From contig CAVPFW010000023.1 of NCBI GenBank assembly GCA_963703855.1, positions 42,961 to 106,960 on the forward strand: 64,000 nt of DNA, given 5' to 3'. The stretch comes from an uncultured Alphaproteobacteria bacterium. Its GTDB lineage: Bacteria > Pseudomonadota > Alphaproteobacteria > ATCC43930 > CGMCC-115725. The notes beneath the pieces were generated by a model. That model was not told where the DNA came from and made no database searches. It saw nothing but the letters and a program-made list of their open reading frames with translations. The translations under genes and the position numbers were made by a program. Positions 1 through 8,176 of this stretch are shown piece by piece (the first letter of the stretch is position 1; every line of letters starts with the position of its first letter).

Positions 1-507
1 CCGATATTGGCTGACCTCGACCCGGTGGGCGAGCCCGCTCTCGACCATGTACCAGCCGAGCGCCCCTTGCGCGAAACCGAGGGCGAGGATGCCGGCGAGC
101 GCCGGCGCCAGCCGCCGCGGCAGCCTTCCGCGCAGCCAAAACCAGACCAGCGGCACGGCAAAGGCGACACCGATCGACCGGCCCAGCAGCCGGTGGGAAT
201 ATTCCCAGAAATAGATGCCTTTGAACTGGGCCAGGCTCATCCCGAAATGGATCAGGCGGTATTCCGGGATTTGCTTGTAGCGGGCGAATTCGGCGGCCCA
301 TTGGGCATGGGTCAGCGGCGGGACGACGCCGATCAGCGGCTCCCACTCGGTGATCGACAGCCCCGACAGGGTCAGCCGGGTGACGCCGCCGACCACCACC
401 ATCAGAAAAATCAGCGCGCAGCAGGCAAGGAGCCATGCCGCGACCCAACCAGGCCGGTCCTTTGCCGCGGCACCTTTTGCCGCATCGAAGCGTCCGCCAG
501 CGGTCAT
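1..507 (-). CDS. ctaA: Heme A synthase (COX15/CtaA family), first 169 codons; the gene runs off the left edge of the window
   Basis: Absent from the ORF track because there is no stop inside the window. Manual reverse translation from ATG at 507-505 gives MTAGGRFDAAKGAAAKDRPGWVAAWLLACCALIFLMVVVGGVTRLTLSGLSITEWEPLIGVVPPLTHAQWAAEFARYKQIPEYRLIHFGMSLAQFKGIYFWEYSHRLLGRSIG... This shows the GGxTRLTxSGLSxxEW, EFxxYxxxPEY and FKxIxxWExxHR blocks typical of alphaproteobacterial COX15. Confidence 0.8.
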   Translation of the reverse strand, partial: MTAGGRFDAAKGAAAKDRPGWVAAWLLACCALIFLMVVVGGVTRLTLSGLSITEWEPLIGVVPPLTHAQWAAEFARYKQIPEYRLIHFGMSLAQFKGIYFWEYSHRLLGRSIGVAFAVPLVWFWLRGRLPRRLAPALAGILALGFAQGALGWYMVESGLAHRVEVSQYR

Positions 508-697
508 CAGGGACAAGGCCGGATCCGGGTGAAAAATCGGCGCTACCGGCAAGGTGAGGCCCGGCCGATACGCTCGCAAGTGCGACGAAAGCGGCTTCAC
601 CTACCGGCATTGTCGCGGCGAGGTAAAATTTTTCCGATCTATGGACCAGTCCTATCCAGCGTGATACGCTATAAGCGTCCGTCAATGGGAGGACACC

Positions 698-1317
698 ATG
701 CGCACTTTCGGAACGGCGAATCTGGCGCGGGGTCTGACGGCATTGGCGGCGAGCCTGTGCTGTTCCTGGGCGATTTCAGCCTCGGCGACTACCTTTGTCT
801 TTGACGAGACCGGTGCAACCGTGCCCGGGTTTGTGGTCGCCGCGTCGATTTCGATCGACGGCTCGTTGGCTGATCTTCCGACGATCTCCAATATCGGCAA
901 TCCCGGCCCGTACAACTTCTTTCCGCTGCTGGCGTTCGACATCACCCTCCCCTCGCTGGCGGGTGAGGGACATTACACTTTGGCAAATTTTACGCCGCGC
1001 AGGGGATTCCCCCGTTCGATTTCCCTCAATGGTCGATCTCTCCCGGCGGGATCGATTATATCAACGCGACGGATACCTCGGATTTCTCGATCAAAGGGTT
1101 CGGCGCGCTCAGCGCGATCGAATTCGAGAGCGACGGGCCGACCAACCCCGCCGCCTGTGAGTTTACCGGCGCGTGCATCGCGAGCGGACATTGGGAGCCG
1201 GTTGCGGTCGCCGAGCCCGCCGGCGCAGGCGCGCTGCTCGCCGGGCTGCTGGGCGCCGTTTACGCGGTGCGCAGACGCGAATGGTTCTCGCGTCGCACCG
1301 GCGGTGAAGGCTTCTGA
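698..1317 (+). pseudogene. PEP-CTERM sorting-domain secreted protein with a broken reading frame (1-nt deficit, most simply in the T-run 988-991)
   Basis: The N-terminal part is in frame 2: MRTFGTANLARGLTALAASLCCSWAISASA (signal peptide) ...SLAGEGHYTLANF. The C-terminal part is in frame 1, open from 967: ...QGIPPFDFPQWSISPGGIDYINATDTSDFSIKGFGALSAIEFESDGPTNPAACEFTGACIASGHWEPVAVAEPAGAGALLAGLLGAVYAVRRREWF..., stop TGA 1315-1317. The xEP motif, hydrophobic helix and RRR amount to a PEP-CTERM anchor. The 620-nt length is not a multiple of 3. Confidence 0.55.
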
Positions 1318-1342
1318 GCTGCCAACTGTCGGACCCGCGTCG

Positions 1343-2122
1343 CTAGGACGGCGGCGCCCCACCGGAGCGGCGCGGGCGGAGCAGGTGGTGGTGGCCGGCG
1401 GCGTAGAGCCGGCTTTCCGGTGCCGGGGCGCCGGCCAGCGCCGGGCCGACCAGGACGAGGGCGGTGCGGGTGATCCGCGCCGCCTTTACCTGGTCGCGGA
1501 TGTCGCCGAGGGTGCCGCGGATCAGGCGCTGGTCGGGCCAGCTGACGCGATAGGCGACGACAGCGGGGCAATCGCCGCCGTAAGCGGGCATCAGCGCGCG
1601 CACGATGCGCGCGAGATTGGCGATCGACAGATGGATCACGAGGGTCGCGCCGGTCGCCGCGAGGCGCTCGAGGTCTTCTCCCGCGGGCATCGCCGACGAT
1701 CGCGTCGCGGTGCGCGTCAGGATCACGGTCTGGGCGATTTCGGGCAGAGTCAGCTCGCAGCCGAGCGCCGCGGCTGCGGCGGCAAAGGACGGCACCCCCG
1801 GGGTCACGTCAAAGGGGATGCCAAGCGCCTCGAGCCGGCGCATCTGCTCGGCGATCGCGCCATAGAGCGACGGGTCGCCCGAATGCAGCCGGGCTACGTC
1901 GAGCCCGCGGTCGTGCGCCTCGACCAGATGGGCCAGGATCTCGTCGAGGGTCAAGGGCGCGCTGTCGATCACCCGCGCGCCGGGCGGGACGGCCGCGAGG
2001 ATCTCGACCGGCACCAAGGAGCCAGCATAGAGGCAGACCGGGCAGCGCTCGATCAGCCGCAGCCCGCGCAGGGTGATCAGATCGGGTGCCCCGGGGCCGG
2101 CGCCGATGAAATGGACGGTCAT
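1343..2122 (-). CDS. cobM: Precorrin-4 C11-methyltransferase
   Basis: [38 protein letters not shown]...[50 protein letters not shown] is the classic CobM / tetrapyrrole methylase signature. ATG at 2122 is preferred over the upstream GTG at 2128. Confidence 0.9.
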   Translation of the reverse strand: MTVHFIGAGPGAPDLITLRGLRLIERCPVCLYAGSLVPVEILAAVPPGARVIDSAPLTLDEILAHLVEAHDRGLDVARLHSGDPSLYGAIAEQMRRLEALGIPFDVTPGVPSFAAAAAALGCELTLPEIAQTVILTRTATRSSAMPAGEDLERLAATGATLVIHLSIANLARIVRALMPAYGGDCPAVVAYRVSWPDQRLIRGTLGDIRDQVKAARITRTALVLVGPALAGAPAPESRLYAAGHHHLLRPRRSGGAPPS

Positions 2123-2280
2123 CGGCACCCGATCGCGGCGGCGTCCCGATCGTCACCAACCCGGCCCCGGCAACGGCTCGAAAGAGCACGCAGGCAAAGG
2201 AAGGCGACCGAGATTATCGGTTGACGGGGCATCTGATCTGCTAGACTTGGGTCTGACAGCATAGGCATTGAGGGGGGGCC

Positions 2281-3927
2281 ATGCGACTCCTTTCGCTCAG
2301 CGTCATTGGCTCGCTCAGCGTCATCGGCGCGACCCTTGTCGTGCTCGCTGCGGGATCGGCCCAAGGAGATAACCCGCCGCAAGCAGCCCTCGCCGCTGCC
2401 ATACCGCCAGCGCCGCCGCCGCCGGCCCGTGTCGGGCGGGTCAGCCTGGCGTTGGAAAAGGTCGGGTTTCGCAGCCCGGGCGCAACCCCTTGGTCCGATG
2501 CCGAGGTCAACGATCCGGTCTCGACCGGCGTGTCCCTGCGCACCGACCCGCAGGCCCGCGCCGAGATGCGCATCGGCCCCGACACGATCGACCTCGCCGA
2601 CAACACCGAGATCACGATCGCCGAGCTGAGCGAGCGCTTCGCCGAGATCGTTCTCAAGCGCGGCCGGATCGATCTCGAGGTCGCCGCTCTCGGCGCCGGC
2701 GAAAGCATTCAGATCGACTTTTCCCGCGGCGGCGTTTGGCTGCTGCAGCCCGGGCATTACGACATCGACGCCGGGGGCGGCGATCGGTCGCCGCGGGTGG
2801 CGGTGCTTGCCGGCGGCGCCCGGTTTGCCGGCGGCAGCGCCGATGTCGTGATCAAGGCGGAAGACGCGTTGGTGCTGAACGGCGTCGCCGCGGCCGCCGC
2901 CGCGATCGAGCCCGCCGCCGCGGATGAATTTACCGAATGGTCCGGTGGCCGCGCGGTCGACCAGACGCGCCTGGCGGCGCCCTATTACGTTTCCCCGACG
3001 ACGACCGGCTTTTCCGAGCTCGATGACGCCGGCAGCTGGCAGGCCAGCGCCAAATTCGGCAAAGTCTGGGTGCCGACTGCGCCGCCGGCCGATTGGGCGC
3101 CCTATCGCGATGGCCGCTGGCGCTGGATGGAACCCTGGGGCTGGACCTGGATCGACGACCAGCCCTGGGGCTTTGCGCCGTCCCATTACGGCCGCTGGAC
3201 CTTCGCCGACGAGCATTGGGCCTGGGTCCCCGGCGCGTTCTCGGCCCATCCCGTCTATGCGCCGGCGCTGGTCGCCTTTCTCGGAACCCCCGGGGTCGGG
3301 CTGAGCTTTGCCGAGGGATCCGGCCCGGCCGTCGCGTGGTTTGCGCTCGCGCCGGGCGAAGTCTATTGGCCGAGCTATACCAACGACGTCGACTATATCC
3401 GCAGGCTGAACGGCGGCGATATCGCCGAATTGAGCATCATCCGGGTGCGCGCCGACGGCGAGCCGCCGCCCGAGATCGCGATCGGGCATTTCGCCAACCG
3501 GCAGTTCGCGAGCGTCGTTCCGCGACCGGTTTTCGTCGACGGGCGGGCGGTCGCCGCGGCGCTGCTCTTGCTGCCGCAGCAGCGTCTCGAGGATGCGCCG
3601 GCGATCATGGGTTCACCGCGGATCGGCCCGCCGGCGGCGCACGGCGCAGCGCCGCGCGTGGCGGCGGCTGCGGGCGCCCGCGAGCACGCGCCGGCAAACC
3701 ATGCCGCGGCGCATGTGTCGAGGCGCGAGGCATGGGCCGGCATCGTTCATGCCGCTATAATCCGCGCGCGGAATTACTGGAAGCCGGTCCTGGTTCGCGC
3801 GGTTCACCTGCGCGCGCCGGCCTATGCCGCGGCGCCGGGGCCGCGGCATTCGATCGTTCTGCGAATGGCGCACACCGCTCACGTCATGCCCGCGGCCGAA
3901 GCGCGAAGGAGAGAGATCAAGCGATGA
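2281..3927 (+). CDS. Secreted Pro/Trp-rich protein of unknown function (resembles DUF6600-type proteins with WGW repeats)
   Basis: 548-aa ORF with an N-terminal signal-like segment (MRLLSLSVIGSLSVIGATLVVLAAGSAQG). It has a central block WAPYRDGRWRWMEPWGWTWIDDQPWGFAPSHYGRWTF. Its stop overlaps the ltaE start (ATGA at 3924-3927). Confidence 0.7.
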   Translation: MRLLSLSVIGSLSVIGATLVVLAAGSAQGDNPPQAALAAAIPPAPPPPARVGRVSLALEKVGFRSPGATPWSDAEVNDPVSTGVSLRTDPQARAEMRIGPDTIDLADNTEITIAELSERFAEIVLKRGRIDLEVAALGAGESIQIDFSRGGVWLLQPGHYDIDAGGGDRSPRVAVLAGGARFAGGSADVVIKAEDALVLNGVAAAAAAIEPAAADEFTEWSGGRAVDQTRLAAPYYVSPTTTGFSELDDAGSWQASAKFGKVWVPTAPPADWAPYRDGRWRWMEPWGWTWIDDQPWGFAPSHYGRWTFADEHWAWVPGAFSAHPVYAPALVAFLGTPGVGLSFAEGSGPAVAWFALAPGEVYWPSYTNDVDYIRRLNGGDIAELSIIRVRADGEPPPEIAIGHFANRQFASVVPRPVFVDGRAVAAALLLLPQQRLEDAPAIMGSPRIGPPAAHGAAPRVAAAAGAREHAPANHAAAHVSRREAWAGIVHAAIIRARNYWKPVLVRAVHLRAPAYAAAPGPRHSIVLRMAHTAHVMPAAEARRREIKR

Positions 3928-4976
3928 TCGACTTCCGCAGCGACAATACCGGGCGGGCGGCGCCGGAGATCCTCGAAGCGCTGGTACGCGCCAACCGCGA
4001 CACGGCGCTCGGCTATGGCGCGGATGATTGGACGGCGGCATTGCAGCGGCGGTTTTCCGAATTGTTCGAGACTGCGGTGCGGGTCTTTCCGGTGGCCACC
4101 GGAACCGCTGCCAACGCGCTCGGCCTGGCCGCGCTCAGCCCCTCCTGGGGCATCGTCTATTGCAGCGAGGCGGCGCACATCAACACCTCCGAGGCGAATG
4201 CCGCAGGTTTCTTCGGCGGCGGCATCAAGCTCGCGGCGGTGGGCGGCGAGCACGGTCGGATCAGCGCCGATCGGCTGGCCGAAACCCTGGCGGCGATAGC
4301 GCCGGGGCAGCTGCATCGCGGCCAGCCGGCGGCGGTCAACCTGACCCAGGCGAGCGATCTCGGCACGGTCTATTCGCTCGCCGAGATCGGCGCCATCGCC
4401 GCGACGGCAAAGGCGCGCCGGCTGGGGCTGCACATGGACGGGGCACGCTTTGCCAATGCCGTGGCGCGGCTCGGCTGCAGCCCGGCCGAGGCGACCTGGC
4501 GCGCCGGCGTCGACATCATGTCGTTCGGCGCGACCAAGAACGGCGGCGCGCTGTGCGACGCGATCGTGGTGTTTGCGCCCGAACTCGCCGACGGTCTCGC
4601 GATCCAGCTGCGCCGTGCCGGCCAGGTCTGGTCGAAGATGCGCTTCGCCTCGGCCCAGCTGCTCGCCTATGTCGAAAACGGGCTGTGGCTCCGCATGGCG
4701 CGGGCCTCGAACGCGATCGCGGCGCGCATCGCCGCCGGCCTCGCCGAATTTCCCGGCACCCGTCCGCTGGCCCCGGTCGAGGCCAACGAGATCTTTCTCG
4801 AGCTGCCCGGCGCGGTCATGGACGGCCTCGAAGCCGACGGCTTCCAGTTTTATCGCCGCAGCGCGAGCCTCGCGCGGTTCGTGTGCCGGTTCGACATGGC
4901 GGAGGCCGAGGCCGACGCGCTTGTGGCGGCGCTGCGCCGGCATCTGGCGCCGGTGGCGGCGCGCGCCGCAGAATAG
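3924..4976 (+). CDS. ltaE: Low-specificity L-threonine aldolase (PLP-dependent, beta-eliminating lyase fold)
   Basis: This is the internal start of track ORF 3093..4976. It reads MIDFRSDNTGRAAPEILEALVRANRDTALGYGADDWTAALQRRFSELFETAVRVFPVATGTAANALGLAAL...MSFGATKNGG. A GGAGAGAG RBS lies just upstream. The 5' 277 codons of the track ORF overlap the previous gene and look non-coding. Confidence 0.85.
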   Translation: MIDFRSDNTGRAAPEILEALVRANRDTALGYGADDWTAALQRRFSELFETAVRVFPVATGTAANALGLAALSPSWGIVYCSEAAHINTSEANAAGFFGGGIKLAAVGGEHGRISADRLAETLAAIAPGQLHRGQPAAVNLTQASDLGTVYSLAEIGAIAATAKARRLGLHMDGARFANAVARLGCSPAEATWRAGVDIMSFGATKNGGALCDAIVVFAPELADGLAIQLRRAGQVWSKMRFASAQLLAYVENGLWLRMARASNAIAARIAAGLAEFPGTRPLAPVEANEIFLELPGAVMDGLEADGFQFYRRSASLARFVCRFDMAEAEADALVAALRRHLAPVAARAAE

Positions 4977-4990
4977 CCGTACGTACCGAG

Positions 4991-5077
4991 CCCCTCACCC
5001 CAGCCCTCTCCCCGCATGCGGGGAGAGGGACCCGCACAGCGGGAAAGCCTGCCCGGACTCGATCCGGGGGTGAGGGG
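4991..5077. repeat. REP-type nested palindrome (family 1) between convergent ltaE and the DUF2312 gene
   Basis: The inner hairpin CCCTCTCCCCGC-ATGC-GGGGAGAGGG lies at 5004-5029. The outer arms CCCCTCACCC (4991-5000) and GGGTGAGGGG (5068-5077) pair. The same CTCCCCGC..GCGGGGAG core recurs three times at 32.70-32.83 kb. Confidence 0.7.
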
Positions 5078-5105
5078 CAAACCTCGGGCCAAGCGACGGT
5101 CCCCG

Positions 5106-5384
5106 CTACTCGGCGGCCTCGGATTGCGGGCTCAGGTCGGGCAGCATGCCGAGCGCGCGCTTGTAGACGTCGAGCAGGGTTTCCTCCTCGTCGAGATCGT
5201 CCTTGTCGCGCTTCCTGATGCGGATGATCTGCCGCATGATTTTCGGGTCGAAGCCGGTGCCCTTGGCCTCGGCGTAGACCTCCTTGATGTCCTCGCCCAA
5301 CGCGCTTTTCTCCTCCTCGAGCCGCTCGATGCGCTCGATCAAGGATTTGAGCCGCTCGCCCGCAATACCCCCCACATCCGGCAT
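5106..5384 (-). CDS. DUF2312 / UPF0335 family small protein
   Basis: Internal ATG at 5384 of track ORF 5106..5561. The sequence is MPDVGGIAGERLKSLIERIERLEEEKSALGEDIKEVYAEAKGTGFDPKIMRQIIRIRKRDKDDLDEEETLLDVYKRALGM, the conserved alphaproteobacterial UPF0335 sequence. Confidence 0.8.
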   Translation of the reverse strand: MPDVGGIAGERLKSLIERIERLEEEKSALGEDIKEVYAEAKGTGFDPKIMRQIIRIRKRDKDDLDEEETLLDVYKRALGMLPDLSPQSEAAE

Positions 5385-5488
5385 AATCCCGCCTTCCCCC
5401 GAAGATGCCGCGCCCCCGCGGCGGCGCGCCGACGATAGCGGCCGGGTTGCGCCGGCGCAAGGTGGGGGCGGTAGCCGGCGATCCGCCG

Positions 5489-5782
5489 TCAGCGCTTCTC
5501 GGCGGCGGTGAAGGCGGCCTTCTGCTCGGCGTTGGCTTCCTTCTGGTGTTTCTTGCGCCACTCGTCATAAGGCATGCCGTAGACGATCTCGCGCGCCTGC
5601 GGGTCGGACAGCGGAACGCTGCGCTGCTCGGCCTCCTCGCGGTACCATCTCGACAGGCAATTGCGGCAGAAGCCCGCCAAATTCATCATGTCGATGTTCT
5701 GCACGTCGGTGCGCTCGCGCAAATGCTCGACCAGGCGGCGAAAGGCCGCGGCTTCGAGCTCGGTGCGGGTCTGGTCGTCCAT
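5489..5782 (-). CDS. DUF1244 family protein
   Basis: Internal ATG at 5782, preceded by AGGAGG. It reads MDDQTRTELEAAAFRRLVEHLRERTDVQNIDMMNLAGFCRNCLSRWYREEAE..., the characteristic DUF1244 core with CRNC. Confidence 0.8.
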   Translation of the reverse strand: MDDQTRTELEAAAFRRLVEHLRERTDVQNIDMMNLAGFCRNCLSRWYREEAEQRSVPLSDPQAREIVYGMPYDEWRKKHQKEANAEQKAAFTAAEKR

Positions 5783-5873
5783 CGGGACCTCCTGGTTGTC
5801 GCTCACCCCTATGTAGCGCCGCATGCCGCTCGACGCATCCCCGATGATAATTCGATGATCCACAAAAAATCGT

Positions 5874-5902
5874 TTGACAGAGCCTAGCCGCACGCCTAAT
5901 TT
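5874..5902 (+). promoter_or_regulatory. Putative sigma70-type promoter of the ars operon
   Basis: TTGACA (5874-5879), a 17-nt spacer, then TAATTT (5897-5902), about 30 nt upstream of the arsR ATG. A GAGAGG RBS lies at 5921-5926. Direct AATT(T)CGATxxTCC repeats at 5849-5861 and 5898-5910 could be operator half-sites. Confidence 0.4.
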
Positions 5903-5931
5903 CGATCCTCGTTGGAATATGAGAGGTTGCG

Positions 5932-6288
5932 ATGGAGGCTAAGCAGGCGATCGCCGCGCTCGGCGCGCTGGCCCATGAAACCCGGCTCGCGGTCTACCGC
6001 CTCTTGGTGCAGAAGGGGCCCGACGGCTTGTCGGCCGGAACGATCGCGCAAGCGCTGGAGCTGTCGCCGTCCTCGCTGACCTTTCACCTGCAGCAGCTGA
6101 TGCATGCCGGCCTGATCGCCCAGCGCCGGATGAGCCGGCAGCTGATCTACGCGACCGATTTTGCAGTGATGAACGCCATGATGGGCTACCTGACCGAAAA
6201 TTGCTGCGGCGGCGCCGCAGCCTGCGCGCCGATCTGCCGTCCGGAAACGACCGGAGCGGCTCTACCGACCGATAGGAGGTCAGCATGA
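5932..6288 (+). CDS. arsR: ArsR/SmtB family metalloregulator with a C-terminal cysteine cluster
   Basis: LGALAHETRLAVYRLLVQKGPDGLSAGTIAQALELSPSSLTFHLQQLMHAGLIAQRR is the winged-HTH. The C-terminal ENCCGGAAACAPIC resembles the C-terminal As(III) site type of Acidithiobacillus ArsR. It is the first gene of an ars operon. Confidence 0.85.
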   Translation: MEAKQAIAALGALAHETRLAVYRLLVQKGPDGLSAGTIAQALELSPSSLTFHLQQLMHAGLIAQRRMSRQLIYATDFAVMNAMMGYLTENCCGGAAACAPICRPETTGAALPTDRRSA

Positions 6289-6791
6289 AGCGTTTGCATG
6301 TTCACGTATCCGTCGACGACCTCGCGGAGTCGATCAGGTTCTATTCGACCTTGTTCGCGGCCGAGCCGACCGTGCTCAGGAGCGATTATGCGAAGTGGAT
6401 GGTCGAGGATCCGCGAGTCAACTTCGCGATCAGCACGGGTCATCATTCCGCCGGGTTCTCGCATCTGGGTATTCAGGCCGAGGATGCGGAAAAACTCGCC
6501 CAGGTCCACGACCGGCTGAGCCGCGCCGAGCGCCCGATCGTCGAGGCGAAAGACACCACCTGCTGCTATGCCAAATCCGACAAGCAGTGGATCGCGGACC
6601 CGCAGGGAGTGCCGTGGGAAATCTATTTCACCTATGGTGAAGCGACGGTCTACGGCGAAGGCTCGCTGGCGAAGCTCAAGAAGGCCGATGATCGCGCGAC
6701 CTGCCGTCCCGCGACCTGCGGCCCACCCGCCGAGCTCACGCAAGCCGTGCCGACGCGTGCTGCCGTGGCGGGCAGTTGCTGCGCCGTATAG
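6285..6791 (+). CDS. arsI: ArsI-type C-As lyase (VOC/glyoxalase-fold dioxygenase that demethylates organoarsenicals)
   Basis: MKRLHVHVSVDDLAESIRFYSTLFAAEP...SHLGIQAEDAEKL...DTTCCYAKSDKQWIADPQGVPWEIYFTYGE. The vicinal Cys pair and flanking residues match the TTCCYAxxDKxWIxDPxGxxWE block of ArsI. The ATGA overlap with the arsR stop supports co-translation. Confidence 0.75.
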   Translation: MKRLHVHVSVDDLAESIRFYSTLFAAEPTVLRSDYAKWMVEDPRVNFAISTGHHSAGFSHLGIQAEDAEKLAQVHDRLSRAERPIVEAKDTTCCYAKSDKQWIADPQGVPWEIYFTYGEATVYGEGSLAKLKKADDRATCRPATCGPPAELTQAVPTRAAVAGSCCAV

Positions 6792-6817
6792 CAACGACCG
6801 CAAATCGGAGAAAGATC

Positions 6818-7645
6818 ATGGAATCAACCGAAATCAAGGAGATGGTGCGCGCTCGCTATGGCAGCATCGCGGCCGCAGCCGGCAGTTCCGCCTGCTGCGG
6901 CCCGGCGCCGTCATCCTGTTGCGGGCCGTCGAACGCCACGCAGGATAAGGCCCTTCAGATGGGCTATTCCGAAGCGGATCTCGCGGTGGTTCCGGAGGGC
7001 GCCAATCTCGGTCTGGGCTGCGGCAATCCGCAGGCGATCGCCGCCTTGCAGCCGGGCGAGGTCGTCGTCGATTTCGGCAGCGGGGGCGGGTTCGACTGCT
7101 TTCTGGCGGCACGGCAGGTCGGTGCCGCGGGCCGGGTCATCGGCGTCGACATGACCCACGAGATGCTGGCCAAGGCGCGTGAGAACGCGGTCAAGATCGG
7201 CGCCGAAAACGTCGAGTTCCGCCTCGGCGAGCTCGAATACCTGCCGGTCGCCGACAACACGGCCGATGTCGTGATCTCGAATTGCGTGATCAACCTCGTC
7301 CCCGACAAGGCGCAGGTGTTTCGCGAAGCGTTTCGCGTGCTGAAGCCCGGCGGCCGGCTCGCGGTCTCCGACATCGTCAGCACCGCGCCGCTGCCGGCCG
7401 ATCTCCAGGCCGATCCGGCGCTGATCTGCGGCTGCGTCGCCGGCGCCGCACCGGCGAACCGGATCGAGGAATGGCTCCTGGCCGCCGGCTTTGTCGATAT
7501 CGGTGTCTCCGCCAAACCGGAAAGCCGCGAGCTGATAAAGAACTGGGCGTCCGGACGCGGTGTCGAGGACTACATCGTTTCGGCCGTCATCGAAGGGCGC
7601 AAACCCGCGCCCGCGCCTGCCGCCGACGCCTGCTGCGCCCGATAG
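6818..7645 (+). CDS. arsM: Arsenite S-adenosylmethionine methyltransferase
   Basis: ATG at 6818 follows a GGAGAAAG RBS. MESTEIKEMVRARYGSIA..., SAM motif VVDFGSGGGFDC, and conserved Cys positions GLGCGNP, ISNCVINL and ICGCVAG. There are extra CC pairs at both termini. Confidence 0.85.
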   Translation: MESTEIKEMVRARYGSIAAAAGSSACCGPAPSSCCGPSNATQDKALQMGYSEADLAVVPEGANLGLGCGNPQAIAALQPGEVVVDFGSGGGFDCFLAARQVGAAGRVIGVDMTHEMLAKARENAVKIGAENVEFRLGELEYLPVADNTADVVISNCVINLVPDKAQVFREAFRVLKPGGRLAVSDIVSTAPLPADLQADPALICGCVAGAAPANRIEEWLLAAGFVDIGVSAKPESRELIKNWASGRGVEDYIVSAVIEGRKPAPAPAADACCAR

Positions 7646-7654
7646 CGTCGGCAC

Positions 7655-8176
7655 ATGACCGCGAAGACCTACCACGTCCTCTTTCTGTGCACCGGCAACT
7701 CGGCCAGGAGCATCCTCGCCGAAGTCCTTCTCGATCATTGGGGCAAGGGCCGGTTCAGGGGCTACAGCGCCGGCAGCTTTCCCCGGGGCGCGGTGCATCC
7801 CCTTGCCCTCGATCTCCTCCACAGCTCCCGGCTGGGCACCAGCGGGCTGCGCAGCAAGAGCTGGCACGAGTTCGCCAAAGCAGGCGCGTCACAGATGGAT
7901 TTCGTGTTTACCGTCTGCGACCAGGCCGCGGGTGAAACCTGCCCGGTCTGGCCCGGCAATCCGGTGACTGGCCATTGGGGCGTGCCGGACCCGGCTGCCG
8001 CTCGAGGCACCGAGGCCGAACGGCGCCGAGCTTTCCGAGCCGCGTATCTCGTGCTCGAAAACCGCATCAAGCTGTTTGTCGCGCTGCCCCTCGACAAGCT
8101 CGACCGGCTCGCGATCAAGCGAAATGTGGACGAGATCGGCCGCCGCGCCGCAGCGACAATCGGGGAGTTGCCATGA
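7655..8176 (+). CDS. arsC: Arsenate reductase, LMW-PTPase / thioredoxin-coupled type
   Basis: The HVLFLCTGNSARSILAE P-loop (CX5R) is present. Downstream Cys residues in TVCDQAAGETCPVWPG are as in the Trx-coupled ArsC family. Confidence 0.85.
   Translation: MTAKTYHVLFLCTGNSARSILAEVLLDHWGKGRFRGYSAGSFPRGAVHPLALDLLHSSRLGTSGLRSKSWHEFAKAGASQMDFVFTVCDQAAGETCPVWPGNPVTGHWGVPDPAAARGTEAERRRAFRAAYLVLENRIKLFVALPLDKLDRLAIKRNVDEIGRRAAATIGELP

Noticed and set aside
2123-2280. A cobalamin riboswitch upstream of cobM.
   Set aside because: The spacer is only about 150 nt. By eye I could not find the B12 box or the conserved GGTGC/GCCACTG-type elements. An Infernal scan is needed to be certain.
3093-3923. The 5' 277 codons of track ORF 3093..4976, which would make a 627-aa threonine aldolase fusion.
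   Set aside because: This part overlaps the 2281..3927 gene in another frame and is Arg/Ala/Gly-rich nonsense. The aldolase homology begins exactly at the ATG at 3924, which has a good RBS and an ATGA overlap.
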